The notes under the pieces: generated by a model
Seen by the model: the letters and a program-made list of their open reading frames with translations, nothing else
Databases searched by the model: none
Told to the model about the DNA's origin: nothing
Source of the DNA: Tubiluchus corallicola
Taxonomy: Eukaryota > Animalia > Priapulida
Assembly: GCA_030141605.1 (NCBI GenBank)
Contig: JAQGDQ010000259.1
Span: 1 to 64,000, forward strand
Direction of reading: 5' to 3'
DNA length: 64,000 nt
Translations under genes and position numbers: made by a program
In this document: piece by piece, positions 1 to 34,450 of the stretch
Numbering within the stretch: the first letter of the stretch is position 1
Layout: each line of letters begins with the position of its first letter

Positions 1-138
1 TATATGAATATTTGTTGCCATAAATGTCATAATATATTGTAAAAAATATGAAAGAAATAGAATAATAGAGTTTAATAAAATAATATTACAAATACTGGAA
101 TGATACTAGAAAAAGTACATAACTTTAAATTTTCTTAG

Positions 139-19891
<19,753 letters not shown>

Positions 19892-20536
19892 CCATAGCAG
19901 CGATATATAATCATTTATTTATATGCCTGAGTTGAACCATCCTTTTGTATAAATCATTCTTGATAATTACTGTAATGTGCTATATTAGCATGTGTCAATT
20001 AAGGCCTTATTTTTGTACATGTACTTCCTTTATTAGAAAATTTCAATCATCAAAGTTATTAGTTGTGTACATAATGTATAAAGTGCGCTGGCAACGCATA
20101 ATTTGATTTCGTTTTGCATTTTCTTTAGTTTAATTACGATAGTCATTTTTTAATCGCACATGAGTTAAGATTTATAGTTTTAAAGCAGTCAGTGGATAAT
20201 TTTGATGTAAACTAAATGATCTACAACCATTTTAGAGATAATGTAAGTTATAAAATTATTTTTGTAACGTTTTTTTTTAAATGTTGTTGAATTGGTCCAA
20301 ATAGAAGTAGTCTGGCCGTCTACAATACGTATCGATTCTTTTGCCCACCCACGAAACGTAGACATCAAAGAAGCTGGTTAAAGTACTTGGAAATGTGTGA
20401 TGAGGTGATGAGGTGTGTATATCAAAAATTCCGCATTGGTGTGCGTCGTGAGTTACCTCTTATCTTTTTTGTTTGATGTCAGTCCTCACGACCTGTCTTA
20501 TGCTAGGTTTATGTAAAGCGCGCTACTATAACACTG

Positions 20537-20547
<11 letters not shown>

Positions 20548-20606
<59 letters not shown>

Positions 20607-20647
20607 GTAATAATAATAATAGTAATAATAATGATAATAATAATAAT
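20548..20647. repeat. (TAA)n microsatellite between two probable retroelement 3' tails
   Basis: Triplet run flanked by TGTAAAGCGC... on the left and TATATAGCGC...TTTACA on the right, resembling L2/SINE tails in opposite orientation. Confidence 0.85.
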
Positions 20648-21939
20648 TTAGCAGTTATATAGCGCATCACAGTTAGATTGTGATCTCGATGAGATTTACA
20701 ATTGAAATACTGTTGTTAGTTACAATTAACAATTATTGTAACTGGTTGACAATTAGCTAACCCAATGTGCAGAATCATAACAAATGCAATCATATCTACA
20801 TATATGTAAAATTAGTATCTACATATTTGTACAAGCACGGGTTCCACGCTAACCACAAACAGACACACACTTTTTCATGCAACGAAGCTCGCTTTGTGCT
20901 CTACACTCTCTAATCAACATTTTAATTCATCTAGTCGCACGAAATCAAATCTATATTGAATAAAAAACAAAAATCTTAAAAATTCTCTATTAAGTCTGTT
21001 AATAATGCTGTCGTATCACATCACCTCAAAAACCAACCTTCTTACGGATTTCGTTGCATCTACGGCAGTATAGGTTATTGTAAACGCACTTTGCTAAACA
21101 CCCATGATACAACGGCAAAAGTTAGGCTTAAAACCAAGCAGCGGCAGAAACTGCTTACACTAAACTTAATACGGCGCAGGGTGATTGTTGCGACCACTTG
21201 ATATCTCAGTAATTATTTTAAAATGATGTGACGCTTTTCTTAATGCTAAGCTGAAAGAGTAATATGACTAATGTTATTTGAATGGGAATTATCAGTGTTT
21301 TCAAATGCATAAAAATAGATTAGACATACATACAAAGTTAGCAGCCCGTTAAACTACCTCAAGCGTAATGGGATTTTTAGGGATCGAACCACGGAATGAT
21401 TCAATAAACGAAATTATCTTACAAAAGTACAGTAAACGTATATACTACGTTCATAACATTCTTAGGACGGCGAAAAGCTATTTATTTACACCACCCACTC
21501 CCACATTGCGATGGTTCGATCCACTACGAGGCATTGCGTAGCAGCTATTAGTAGCTGGTATGAATGGCCTGGCGGATAGGTGTATTTAACATCTCATCAC
21601 CTGTTCTGTAGAACAAGCATGGAACACAAAGAACTCTGGCAAGTTTATTCTAAAAAAATAATCTTTTTTCTTTTCTTTCTGTAACATTGTTTTTTAACAT
21701 GAAATGAACTAGGGAATCAGCACCATCCGTTCAATATTACAATATCATACGTCGTACTGATGCAGAATTTCAGATACAATACATGTACATTGGACGGACC
21801 TAAAAATAAAAAGGAGCATGTCGAGCAATTAAACAACAGTCAACAACAGCCTTAAAAAGTGAAGCAGACTTATTAAGGTACAGATGTTCTGGCTATAAAA
21901 TCGATGTGGATCAATTTAAAAACAAGAAAATCCTCATCG

Positions 21940-22309
21940 TTATTGATCGTAAAGGCTTTATTTCCCATTTTCACATCAATTTGGAATTAAAGGCAAGATG
22001 ACACCCTTCAGACTGGTGTTTCAGACTAAGCCCAAACAGTACTTGAGAGCTGTCACACGCCTGCACTGGGTCGGGCTTTCAGGACGGCAAGATTCCTAAA
22101 AGGTGTTACGCAGAGAGCTGCGAGAGCGCGGAGGTCCACATAAATTCAAAAGAAGAGATGTAAAGATATACTTAGTGAGTAGGGCAGTGTAAGTAAAAGC
22201 AAGGTAGCTTGCTTCGAGGAGAAGTGAAAGCAGCAACGGGAAGCTAATGGCGAAAAAAGTATGAGAGCGTGTCATTCACCCGTCCCACGAATGATACCGA
22301 CTGCTGAAT

Positions 22310-22378
<69 letters not shown>

Positions 22379-22400
22379 CGACGATAATGATGATGACGAT
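21940..22400 (+). mobile_element. RTE-clade LINE 3' fragment with (GAT)n tail
   Basis: Degenerate translation RLHWVG...DGKIPKR...KRCKDIL, typical of the RTE ORF C-terminus, followed by a 3' UTR and (GAT)n at 22310-22400. Confidence 0.6.
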
Positions 22401-23585
22401 AACGAAGATTTATCTGTCTAGACTGTTATTGAAGTGAAATGACCAGTTCATGTTGGTGCGCGTGAATTCACCTTTCTAGCCTACATTCTTTGAGTACATA
22501 GGACCAAAGTTGAACAAGACTAAGCCGCTCAGCAAATAAACAGATGACTCATGGAATATATAAACACACACACACACATACATATATATCTCTGGCAGTT
22601 CAGTGCTTCATCTTACAGGACACACTTCATAAATAGGAAGATTTCAGTTCTGCCACAACATACATCACAAGTAAATCCTGCTGTTGTACAGAACTGTATA
22701 AAAATTATGACATAATCAACATTCATCATTGTAGTATCAGCCTATTATGTACATATGCGTTTTCGGGTCACTCTTTGCGAAGTAACTTTACAAGGAGGTT
22801 TGTGTCGCTGTTCTTGTTCTCTTTGTTCATACAATAAATCTTTTCAGTTTTTGATATTGTGATGTCACAACAGAGTTTTTCCATATTCTACATTGTACTA
22901 TTACAGTTTTTACGGAACCATGACAATGGTACACGGTGTTTTAAATGACAAGTGCAGGCAGTTTGGCTGAAAGACACTTAATAAACTAATAAGCCATTGC
23001 TTCGCATTCCGAGCTATTTGCACCGCTTTCGGGCGTTAAACATTTATAGGTTATTTACGACATATTAGGAATACAATCATTAATTTCAATCTTATCTTCT
23101 ACATTTTTGTGCACTATAGACGCCCATGACGTAATACGACATTACAAACTCATGAAAGCGCCTGATCAAGCAGTTGCAGCTCTTTCAAATGCAGCAACAT
23201 CATACCTATAAAATTATCGAGGAAAGTCATCGGAATGGTGCCACAAACTCCTGTGTGTAACCGCTCATCTGTGTGTCACTCTGAATCGTAAAATATCGCA
23301 AAGTTATTTAATCGCATTAATGAACAGCTTCAAGCAAGCTTTTGTAAGTCAGACACCGAATTAAAAATGTGCAACATCGCCTTGATTTTACCGCAGGGTA
23401 TTGGCAAATTGGTGTTTATGGTTCGAGTTTGCAATATGGCATTTTAACAAAATCAGACAAGCGTTACAAAGTGTGCCTTACAAGGACATCTAAGCTATAC
23501 TGGTATAAACAAGTCTGGATCATGTCAGCTTTGTGCGTTTGACTTCGGTATTATTTATCATTGGCCTAGCTCCGTTTGTTGAAAA

Positions 23586-26500
23586 ATGGCAATTGTAGTT
23601 GTTTTGACAATTCGTAAGTTGAATTTTTTAAATATTTTTCTCAAGTTTAAGTTTACTAGAACTCATAAGAAACTTGTGAAGACAGTTACAGGATGCAGCT
23701 AGTCAGATTTTAAGTAGTTAATAACATTTCAACATAATGTCGTAGTCAAACTATTAATTGACTCTTTATTAATGAATTATGTCAAATTGTGTACAATTTC
23801 GTGAAACTGATTATTATCACTCGTCTCAGTGCCAAATGACAGTTTCAGCTTTTACTGCACTTATAGAAGCACTATGGAAGAACGGCTTCCAACAAGTTTT
23901 AAAGATCAAAAATATTTGAAAACTGAGATGCACATATTGCGGAACAATAACAGTAATAATAGCCGCAGCAACGATGATGACCACGACGACGATGGCAGCA
24001 ATAATGGTGACCACGACGACGATCATGCCAACGCCAGTAATATATTCAGCAAGTATCATAAGCTCCATCAGAATAATTAGTGAATTAGCTGAAAAGTACT
24101 TTGATAGAATGTAGTTTAACGTAAGGTAATGTAATGATGTGTCTTTGTGAATAGTAGGCTAATAGGTGAGTATTCATGTTGAAAAGTTATAAAATAATGA
24201 AAACTTATATAAAAAGTGTAATAATGCTCTTAGAATGCCGCTATAGATTGTGAAATTGTTCTCGACAGAATTGCTGAGGAAGTAAGCCATGCACATATGA
24301 ACGTGGCTGAGACATATCTGCTGATCCAATGTCTCATTTTGGAGGATTCGCTTTAATAATAATTCAGGTTGTGGGCCCACATCAAGCGCCCATACTAACC
24401 CTGTTAACTCTGGCGTTGAGTATTGGATTTCAGATTGCAGGACACCAAATATGTATGGCCTCTGTCTCTGTATGCCTTAGTTAATGCCAGCTTAGGACTG
24501 TACAATATTTTTGTCTTGTTAATTGACATAGACACAGACATAGACATAGACACAGACACGGACACGGACACGGACACGGACACGGACACAGACATAGATA
24601 TAGACATAGACCATACAGTTTTGTCTAGTGGTAACGCGCCTGCTTTGCGCCTGGGAGGTCGTGAGTTCGATAAAGCGGCCGAGACATACCAAAAACTTTA
24701 AAAATTGCACCAGCTGTTGCCCTGCCTGGCGTGTGGTATTTAGGGCAAAAGTGCGGTAGCAATAGTCTCTGTTATGTAGTTGTAAATTTTGTCGATTCAT
24801 TATTTACAGCCGACTTTTTGAGCTTATGCTAATTGTTAATCTAAAAGCCGATTAACTTTAAATAAAGATTATTATTAATATCACTATCACTATCACCATC
24901 ACTATCACTATCACTATCACTATCACTATCACTATCACTATCACTATCACTAGCATTACCATTATCGTTATCATTATCATTATCATTATTATAGACATAA
25001 ACATCTTTATTGGTCTTATATACTATACATGATATAAATGAAATTCGTCTTTTATGCTTTTACACAGATCTGGAAAAACAATTAGCGCAACAAATTCGTA
25101 ACTGTAAATTAAATTCAACTGCACATATAAATCCTAAGCGTACAATTGAAATAAAGCTTAAAAAACAAAAAAAATTGAAAAGTGCTTAGAGTTTAGCTAC
25201 TGTTGATGAGTGCGATATATTAGCTTGCTTCTTTGATCTTGACATTTTGCAAGGCCTCTACGGCCATGATCCTCTGCCCTCCAAATGGTTCGCCTATTTA
25301 ACCGCTAAAAATCAAAACAAAATTTCGCTATTATCACTGGTTGGTTATACTAACCTGTTCTTTTTAGCGAATCTTACCGCATTTCTAAAATCCGGCATGC
25401 AATTTTCTACTTTATTGAACCGCGCATTGTCCTGTAATTCACTGTGCAGGTGTGTCGTGATATCAGTCACAATTTCATTAAACACACTTCAGAGCTTTCA
25501 ATGACGTGTTGGGCGCGGTCGTCAGTACAAAATATGTCTATAATGCGATTTTACTCAACAAAATAGCAGACAACAACTTAAAGCTCTCTCTCTAACGCCT
25601 TAAGCCACAAAACGTTTTTGTAAGTTTTATCATTTTGTATCCAAACCAATCAAACGAAGACATAGTTCAGGGTATTAAAGTTCCCTCAAAATGATTAGCG
25701 AATTAACTGAAAAGCACTTTGATGTGTATTCAAAATGAATCTGTTTAAAATAACAGTATTAAATTTACAAAATTTTCGGAATTGTTTAAAAAAAATGCAT
25801 TATTTACTCTTAGGATAAGTAACTGTTTCCAGGCAATTGTTAACGCGTACTTTTCAAAACCGCTGTAGATTTCTGTGCAAATAGACCGGGCAAACAGGTA
25901 TACCGTTAATGTTACAAGCCCACAATTAATTAAAATATCAAACTTACAGACCTTGAAATGTGGAAAACTGAAATACAACGTGGATTTGAACCAGGGACCT
26001 TTGTTTACATTGCATTCAGTGGTTCCTATCCGTGATGCATTCTAACTTTATCACCCTTCATGCCTTGGTGTACTGTTGCTTCTGAAAGTCCCTGAAATGA
26101 CCATCCCATTGACAAGTCCTATTTAGTTAGCATTACAATGAAAGATTTACAGTTCTTTATTTTAGCTTTTGATTTTAATTTGCTCTTGGGTTCAAGTATA
26201 CGTCATGAAAATAGCTAAAATTGTTTTTTCTGCAAAATAAATAAGTTACTTAACCAGTAGCATAACCATTTAACGGTACCTTGCCTTCTTTAGACCCGAA
26301 ACTTGGACTGTATGTTAATCGTTACCAAACTTGTTTTGAAATAAATCAACGACAGTAACACATTCGCTTACTGCCACAAAATCTCCACATGATCTTCACT
26401 TGTGACCTATAGCCTTGAAACGTGCTATAACCTAAAAATATGTTAATAACAGTTAATCTCTTTACCAAATTTGGCTATTTTTGCCCCATTCTTCTTTAAG

Positions 26501-26861
26501 AAAAGTGAGAAGTCTCGCTGTGCCTTTCGCCACCTTATAGCTCTTCACTTTCAAATTGCAGCGCGATCTTGATTTTTATTATATTTATTGTTTTTTATCA
26601 AAACTTTTCACTTTCCGATACAGCAACTACAACAACACTAGCAGCAGCAACAACAGAAACAGCAGCAGCTGCAGGTGTTGACACCGTTGTCATCGTTTTT
26701 GTTATACATTGTAGACGTTGTTGCCGTTACTATAGTCGCTGTTGTTGCTGCTGTTATTGTTGTTGTTGTAACGAACAATTTTCGAATACATCTTAGGTAT
26801 TTGCTCTAACTTTCACATTTGACCTATTTATCTCAGACTCAAGGTGAAAGAGAAAAAGAGA

Positions 26862-26948
<87 letters not shown>

Positions 26949-26954
26949 GAGAAG

Positions 26955-27013
<59 letters not shown>

Positions 27014-30000
27014 ACAGACAGAGAGACAGATGGAGAGAAAGACAGACAGAGAATAAAGAAAGAAAAAGGTGAGAGAAACTTTTTCTCAGGGAAACCTTTT
27101 CTCTTTTTTTTCCTTCTCCTCCTCCTCTCGCCTTCTGCCACTCCCTTTCCGTCTTTCGCTTTAACTATGAACTGACAAATTTACACCTAGCTTTTATATG
27201 TTTCTTACATTAATCTGAACGAAAATATCTTTGAACTAATAGTCACAGTTTTCTATCTTTTGTAAATTATCATCTTGTGTATTTAGTTCTGGCGGTGGCG
27301 GTTAAAGGGCAAGACAGCCTAGGATTTTTCACTGAAACAACAGACTGTGATGCAGAAGTGAATTTATTCAAAGCACATGACTACTGTAACATGTACTACA
27401 TCTGCAATCATAATGTTTTCATTGAAAGATACTGTCCATTTGCTACTGTTTGGAACCAATATTGTCCTTTAGAAGGAAGGTGCGACATTGCAACAGAGGA
27501 ACAGCTGGCATACTGCCGAGACAAGATTAACTTTATTTTTCCAGGGACAAGAGATCCCGATCGATACATGAACTGGACTGGGGAAGCTCCTAGAGACGCC
27601 AGTAAGTTAAGCAGCCACTTTACCAAAAACTATCACTATGTCTTGGTCTAACATGAGTAATTAAGCAACACTTTAGCAAAAAATATCATTATTACAGGCA
27701 CATGGCGAAACGTCTGGCATGATCTTAATTTTTAATTTTTTAATGTAAAAGTTTTTAATATAAAGTTATGTTGTTTTTAACTATCATTATGTTTTGTTCT
27801 AACGTCAGTAAGTTAAGCAACCACTTTAGCAAAAGCTATCATTTGCTATATCTGATTATGTTATTGATTTCATTTGCAGATAATCTTAGACAGAATCCGT
27901 TCTGTAATTTTGTTTGTGCCAATGGGCAAGAAACGTTGCCACCTTACGCTGAATGTGATGGCACAGTTCAGTGCAGTGACGGTTCTGACGAATATCCTTC
28001 GTGTGGTATGTCATAATTACTAAATCACATCACGTTCTTCAGTCAGGATACAAACAATTGTATCTTTTCATTTTTAGCATACATGTCGGACAGAAATTGT
28101 TTACAATGGCAGCTGTTCAGTTTGCATGATACACGGCGTTTTTACAATCAGTGCACCAGACAGTGTAGCCTTATTGCGCCTTGACGATCTTTGTAAACTT
28201 AAAGAAAAAAGGAAGAAATGAATGAATGAAAGAAAGAAAGATTACCTGTTGTGCTTCGAAACATGAATAACATGACTTGTGACTGAAAAATTGCCGGTCA
28301 CTATTCTTGGTGATCAGGGAAAAGAAAAGTAGAAAGACATTTTTATTTTATTTCACATGCATTAAAAATATACATAAAAATAACTATAAAAAATAACAAC
28401 ATCAATATGGGGAAAGACATAAAGAGACAGGCTCCTTACATAAGCCTATCGTACAAAAGCGATTTATAAAAAAAATCAATCTATTTTTGAAAAGTTAGAA
28501 TTCCTGCAGTGGCCAAACGTGCAACATTTACCGAACTGGGTAGGGAATCCCATACTTGAACAAGAAAGTTGGAGAAGAAAAACCCAAAACCTTTGTTATT
28601 CGTTCTACGAACATACAGCCCATACTTGAACAAGAAAGTTGGAGAAGAAAAACCCAAAACCTTTCTTATTCGTTCTACGAACATACAGCTTGAGACTATG
28701 GTTGCTTTTTGTCCTATCGGTGAGTGCTGTTGTAAAAAAAATCGGCATCTAAATCAGCATCCCTTTGAATTATTTTGTAACACATGACCAAATCGTTTAG
28801 TAATCTTCTTTCCTCTAACGATTTTAAATGAAGGGTTTTGAGTCTTTCTGGACAGGTTTCATATGCAAGTTCTGAGTTTCATCTATAGTATAATCGCCTG
28901 GTAAAATATCTTAAAAAAAATTCAAATTTTCAGAAATATCTACATTCCCGTACAATGACGAGCCAATATAGTTGAGCAATATTCAACTATAGGCCTCACG
29001 TAAACTTTAAATGTTTTAAGGAGAATGTTACTAAGGAAAATTCTAGGAATGCTAGGAAGTTCTAGGAAGTTACTAAGGAATGCTTTAAGGAAAATTAAGA
29101 TCATGTCCGTTATTCTATTGCCACAGGTAGAAATTTTAATGCAATGTGCTTTTACCTTTAAGTAGTGAGACACCATAATGCCCAGATCGTTAACAACAAA
29201 AAAGTCTGGAAACGTCAATAATTGTTGATGTAGCTGCTATTTCTCGGATTATTTTTCCCAACGTGAAGTACATTGCATTTGTTAATAGCAATTTTCATTT
29301 GCCAGGTGTTGGCCCAATTTACAATTCTATATAATGCATTCTCTGTAGGTCACTATGGCCATCTATCGAGACACATTGATATAATTTTATATCATGGGCA
29401 AAAAGTTTCAGTGTTATTAATCCTGCAATTTCAGTGATATCGTTCATAAAAAGCAAAAATAAAATAGAGTTTAGAACACTAACTTGAGTTACACTAGAGG
29501 ATACAGTTACGTAAGACGAAAACGAATTTCCAATGACGATAAGTTGTTGTCTTTCTAAAGAAACATTTTATTCAATCAAGCAAGCGACCGTTTATTCCAA
29601 ACGACTGTAATTTTAACATTAATTTCGGGTGGCTAACAGTATCGAATGCCTTTTGAAAATTAATATATATTGCATCAAGATTTTTGGTCCGTATCCGGCA
29701 ACAACGTTCCAATCACGTAGTCATTCTAACATTTGGATACAAGCAAATTTCTTAGAAAACCGTGTTGTTCACTAGATGAAAGATTCTTAGTTCTTAAGTA
29801 TATTAAAACATCATCAGCTATTATCATTTCCATTATTTTACAAGCGATACATGCCAGTGAAACTAATCTGTAATTTGAGGGGTAACTGCTCTCACCTTTT
29901 TTGAAAAGTGGTGTTACATCGGTTAACTTACATACATTTGGCATAACACCATCTCTAAAAGAAACATTATATATAATAGAAAGTGCAGTACACAAAGCGT

Positions 30001-33000
30001 CGCTAACTTTTTTGTACAAAAGTGCGGGCAAATTATCAGGGGACCTGCTTTTCTTGGGTTAGCGTTTAGTGTTTGTTTAGCCTTTTGGTTGGATTGGGTA
30101 ATTTCAGAGAATTTTTGTATCGCCGTGGAACGTAGATACTGATATGTGCGAATGTGTGAATGGTAGGCAAATTCTGCACCATTCATGATTTGAATGTCTT
30201 TTAGTCTTCATATTCAAAAGGAACGCCTTAACAGATCAATTACCGGCACTAGATATAAATAAAAGTTGTATCCGATTGCAACACGGAATTTTTAGAAGCA
30301 TTTATTAATTTAGTAAATGATGAATTTCTAGCAAGTATAATGTAAAACTTCTATTAAGAAAGCCTGGTGTACTGTATCTAAGTTAATTCAGCTATTATCC
30401 ATTTGGGCGCACATTAGTTGTCTGCATGAATTACTACAGTTCTTATAGCCATAAGAACTATTTTGTTTGTGTGCGCTGCATTATATGTTTACATAATACG
30501 GTACAGTCAAAAAACGTGATCTAAGTAAGATAAAAGTGGCAAATTTTATTTGTTTATAGGAAAGAGAAAGTTACTATAAATATTACCTATTTGTAATATT
30601 AAGTTATACATAAGCATCTGCCAGTTCGAGTGTATTAACCGCCAAATTTCTTTGCCTTACAAATAGAGGGCAGCATATCGTACTATATTCTGTATTTGTG
30701 TGCTAATAAAAGACTCTTGATTATCTGTATAATTAATTTCGGTGGTATGTTATTATAATAATTTGTGATCTCAATGCTGGCAATTAATATTAAATGCAGG
30801 TTGTATGCGCCATCCAGGCATACTTGAATGGCTAACATTGGGCGTTAGTTAAGTTTCTACACAAGTTTCTAGTTTATTATCAAAAACATGTAGTAAAATT
30901 AACAGGCGTAATATGTATAATTTTAATTTTAAAGTTCATACCTTAGCTAAACATCAGATATGTTCAGAGAAATCGACCTGCTTTAAGGAAACTTGAACCT
31001 ACGTTGCAACACTAATTATAAACTTGTATTTCAGCAAAGCCCAATTGTAACGGCGATAATTGTAGATTAGAGGATGGATGTTTATGTGCCAGTACTGACC
31101 CACCAGCTAGTCTGTCTCCTAGTATGATTCCTCAGATGGTAATGATTGGTTTTGAAGGTGGACTCCGAGAAATAGATAGAAGGTAAATTAAACAAATGAA
31201 ACACTTTTTATTTGGTAATTAAGTTTCCCGTTTGAGCAGTCTGTTTCGTAAATGAAACACAATTATAAATTCCTGCATTCCACGTGTTTGTAGGATATGA
31301 TATAACTTTGTAATTGCCATTAAAAACACTGAAAATAAGCTTTAAAGACATAATCAGTCAATGTTAGTTAATTGATAATAAAAACTTACTTCGCTAAAAA
31401 GCAAAGCAGTGAGTGCAATGCAAACTAACCTTCACTGCATAATTGATAATAAAAATTTTCTTTGCCAAAAGGCAAGCGCATCACCGCAATGCAATCTAAG
31501 TTCTAACTTACTGTGCATTAATGAAGGTTGATAATCTCTGTATCATTCTGAAATAGCTTGTATCTTGTACTAGTTTAATGGAATTGCATTTGTTTAATAT
31601 TAACGATTTTAACTTTGGTTTTAATATTGATAGAGACCGGACTTGCTTAATCTTTAGTGACAAAGAATAGCTTGCTAGATCATAGAATTGGTGCCGTAAT
31701 AGGTGACCTTAATGTTTCATTATTTTAGATCACTCTTTACTATTTTGGATACCTTTTAGAGTTACTCATTCTCATATTGATGACAGGGCTCGGACAAAAT
31801 CCATTTGTTAAAATTGGTTTTTTAACGAATTGTTAATGATATATGTAAATATCGGATGACGCAGTAAAAATATGCCGAAGTTTAAACTACAATAATATTA
31901 AAATCAAGTGTCCTATGAAGTTGAAATTTCACAGTGTGGTGTTACAATATTGTACTGAACATCCCTTTCACGTTCACGGTGTACTAACACCCCCTTTCGC
32001 GCTAAATGTAGTTTCTGTCGAAGCCAAGTTATGCATCTGGCCTGTATAAAAGCGGTCTTCTCTGTTCTTTTAGTGTTCCTGTTAGATTAATCCACGACGC
32101 GGTGTAAGCTCCATTTTATCCTTATTTTTGAATCTACTTCATGTAATTTGCCAATAAAGGTATCGTTTTTCTCAAACATCATTCTTGTTTCGTGGATGGA
32201 TGTCAGAAAAGCTATAGACTGAATGGCCTCCGCATCTGCTGGTACCGTACCAACCTGGGTAGTTTTAGCCGTTGTCGGCGATGTACGGCTGGCAGTTCAA
32301 TATTAGCTTTAGCAGTTTGCCGAAGTTATTGTCGAAACGCCTTTGTATGTTAAAAAATGAAATGAGGGACGTCAAATAATCGTCGATTGAAAAAACAGTC
32401 ACATTGACGTATAAAGCACTGAACACATGGCAGCAAAACACTAAAGAAATCAATAAGTTTGCATCTTGATCTTCACCAAAGAAAAGAAAGCAATGGTAAA
32501 ATCAAGCAAAAATGGGACTTGATCCTCCGGCTTACACTATCTGGAATTCCCTTGAAGAGAACGTGTAGGACAGCCACACAGAACGTTTGATGCAGAGGAA
32601 TTAAAGTCAGAAAGGGTGCTGGAACAAAATACAGAAACTCTCAGCTGTCGGAAGAACCGCCTTCGTCTGGCTTGTAGTGAAAATCGGACACCTGTAGCAC
32701 TTGCTGTAAATTTTAACAATAGTGACATCGAATTTTTTCCGGCGTTTATTTTTTAATTAGTAGTTTTAAAGAAACTGTATTTCTGAACAAATCTAAGACA
32801 ATGACCTGAAATTTTCGGTGCTTATACTTAAACGTCTCTAACATCAGTGTGGAAATTTTCAAGAGATTCTGTTTTTTAATAATTATCGTGATGGAAACTT
32901 CGGCACATTCAGTTTTGCGCCACCTGATATAAATACAGAGTATGCTCCTATATCTAGAAATTTTTATTTTCAAAGTTTTATTATGTTCATTGCTGAAGTT

Positions 33001-34260
33001 TTGAATTTTTGTTTACCTACCTTACGTTTGTATGAGTGCCTAACTATTAATCTTTGGGCATAGCATTTGAGGAGGTTTGTTAAGTATTAAGTAACTTTAG
33101 ATTTTGCATTTTTTGAGACAAAGTGTATTATGCATGAGTTCACGAAGATTTTATTTTAGGTGGTTGTTTGATTATATTTTTGAAACGAGGGAGGCAGATG
33201 GCGCCAGGTCACCGCGTCTGAACAATAATGGCTGCCCATGGGTTGGCACATTCTTTCCAACTCATCTTTTCAATAACTATGCTGTCACGAGAGATTTGTA
33301 TTCCAAAGGCCACGAATTCGCATCGCTTTCAATAACGTATGACATTCTATTTCATAAAAATTAACACTCTTAGCCATGAGCAGCTTAGATTAAGTAATTA
33401 GACTAAAGAGCAATCTGTTGCACAGAGTCATAGGCCTACTGCCTTCATGGGAAAATAACTATCTGGAAGAGATAACGAATAGAAAATAACTATAGTAAAT
33501 AAGTTATAGACTAACACCTAACTCTGCCTATACCATCGAATAATTTCAATTAATAACTGTTAAATAATCGTACTATAAAATATCCATTGGACGCTTATGG
33601 GGCAACTGTGCAGGAGTGCAGCATATCTGCAATCTGTATAAGCCTAAAAAATTAATAGGCCTAGCAGCCTTGCGTGGAACTATTTTTATAAAAAAAGATT
33701 TTGTGTTTATCAAAATCACTTTTTCATAGATTATGTTTTGCTATTTCTAACGTTAATCACACGGGGTTACTAATAAATTTTAACGCCTCCATTTCGTGAA
33801 CTTATTAAATAGGATAGTATATGACAGAAATAAGAACTAGTTAGTATATGAGCTAGTTCTGTCAATGTGAGAGTCACTGCAATACTGATACGTCATCCTC
33901 CCTGGGTGTGGGTCCAGGTTGTGTCTGGGTATGAGGTACATATCCTTTCCAAACAATCCAATCTTAGCAAGGTCTAAGATCTGCAATATCATCTCCTTTA
34001 GTAATAATACTACCTACTGGTGCCTATAATTCATCAGTTACATAAAACTGCAATTGTATGTATGCAATAATAATAATATGTAGTGCATAATGAAAATGTC
34101 TGTCTCTGCAGGGCTATACTAATACTACAATTGAAGGTGATTTTTTGTCAGTCAAGTTACAGCATTTTGACATGTAGCCTAAACATATATACTCACCTTT
34201 TCCTAGAACCCATTACTGAGTGGCCATTACTATTATTATTGTTGTTGTTGTTGTTGATGC

Positions 34261-34355
<95 letters not shown>

Positions 34356-34368
34356 TTGTTGTTGTTGC

Positions 34369-34450
<82 letters not shown>

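Noticed and set aside
26819-27175. ER-repeat ORFs
   Set aside because: (AG)n microsatellite.
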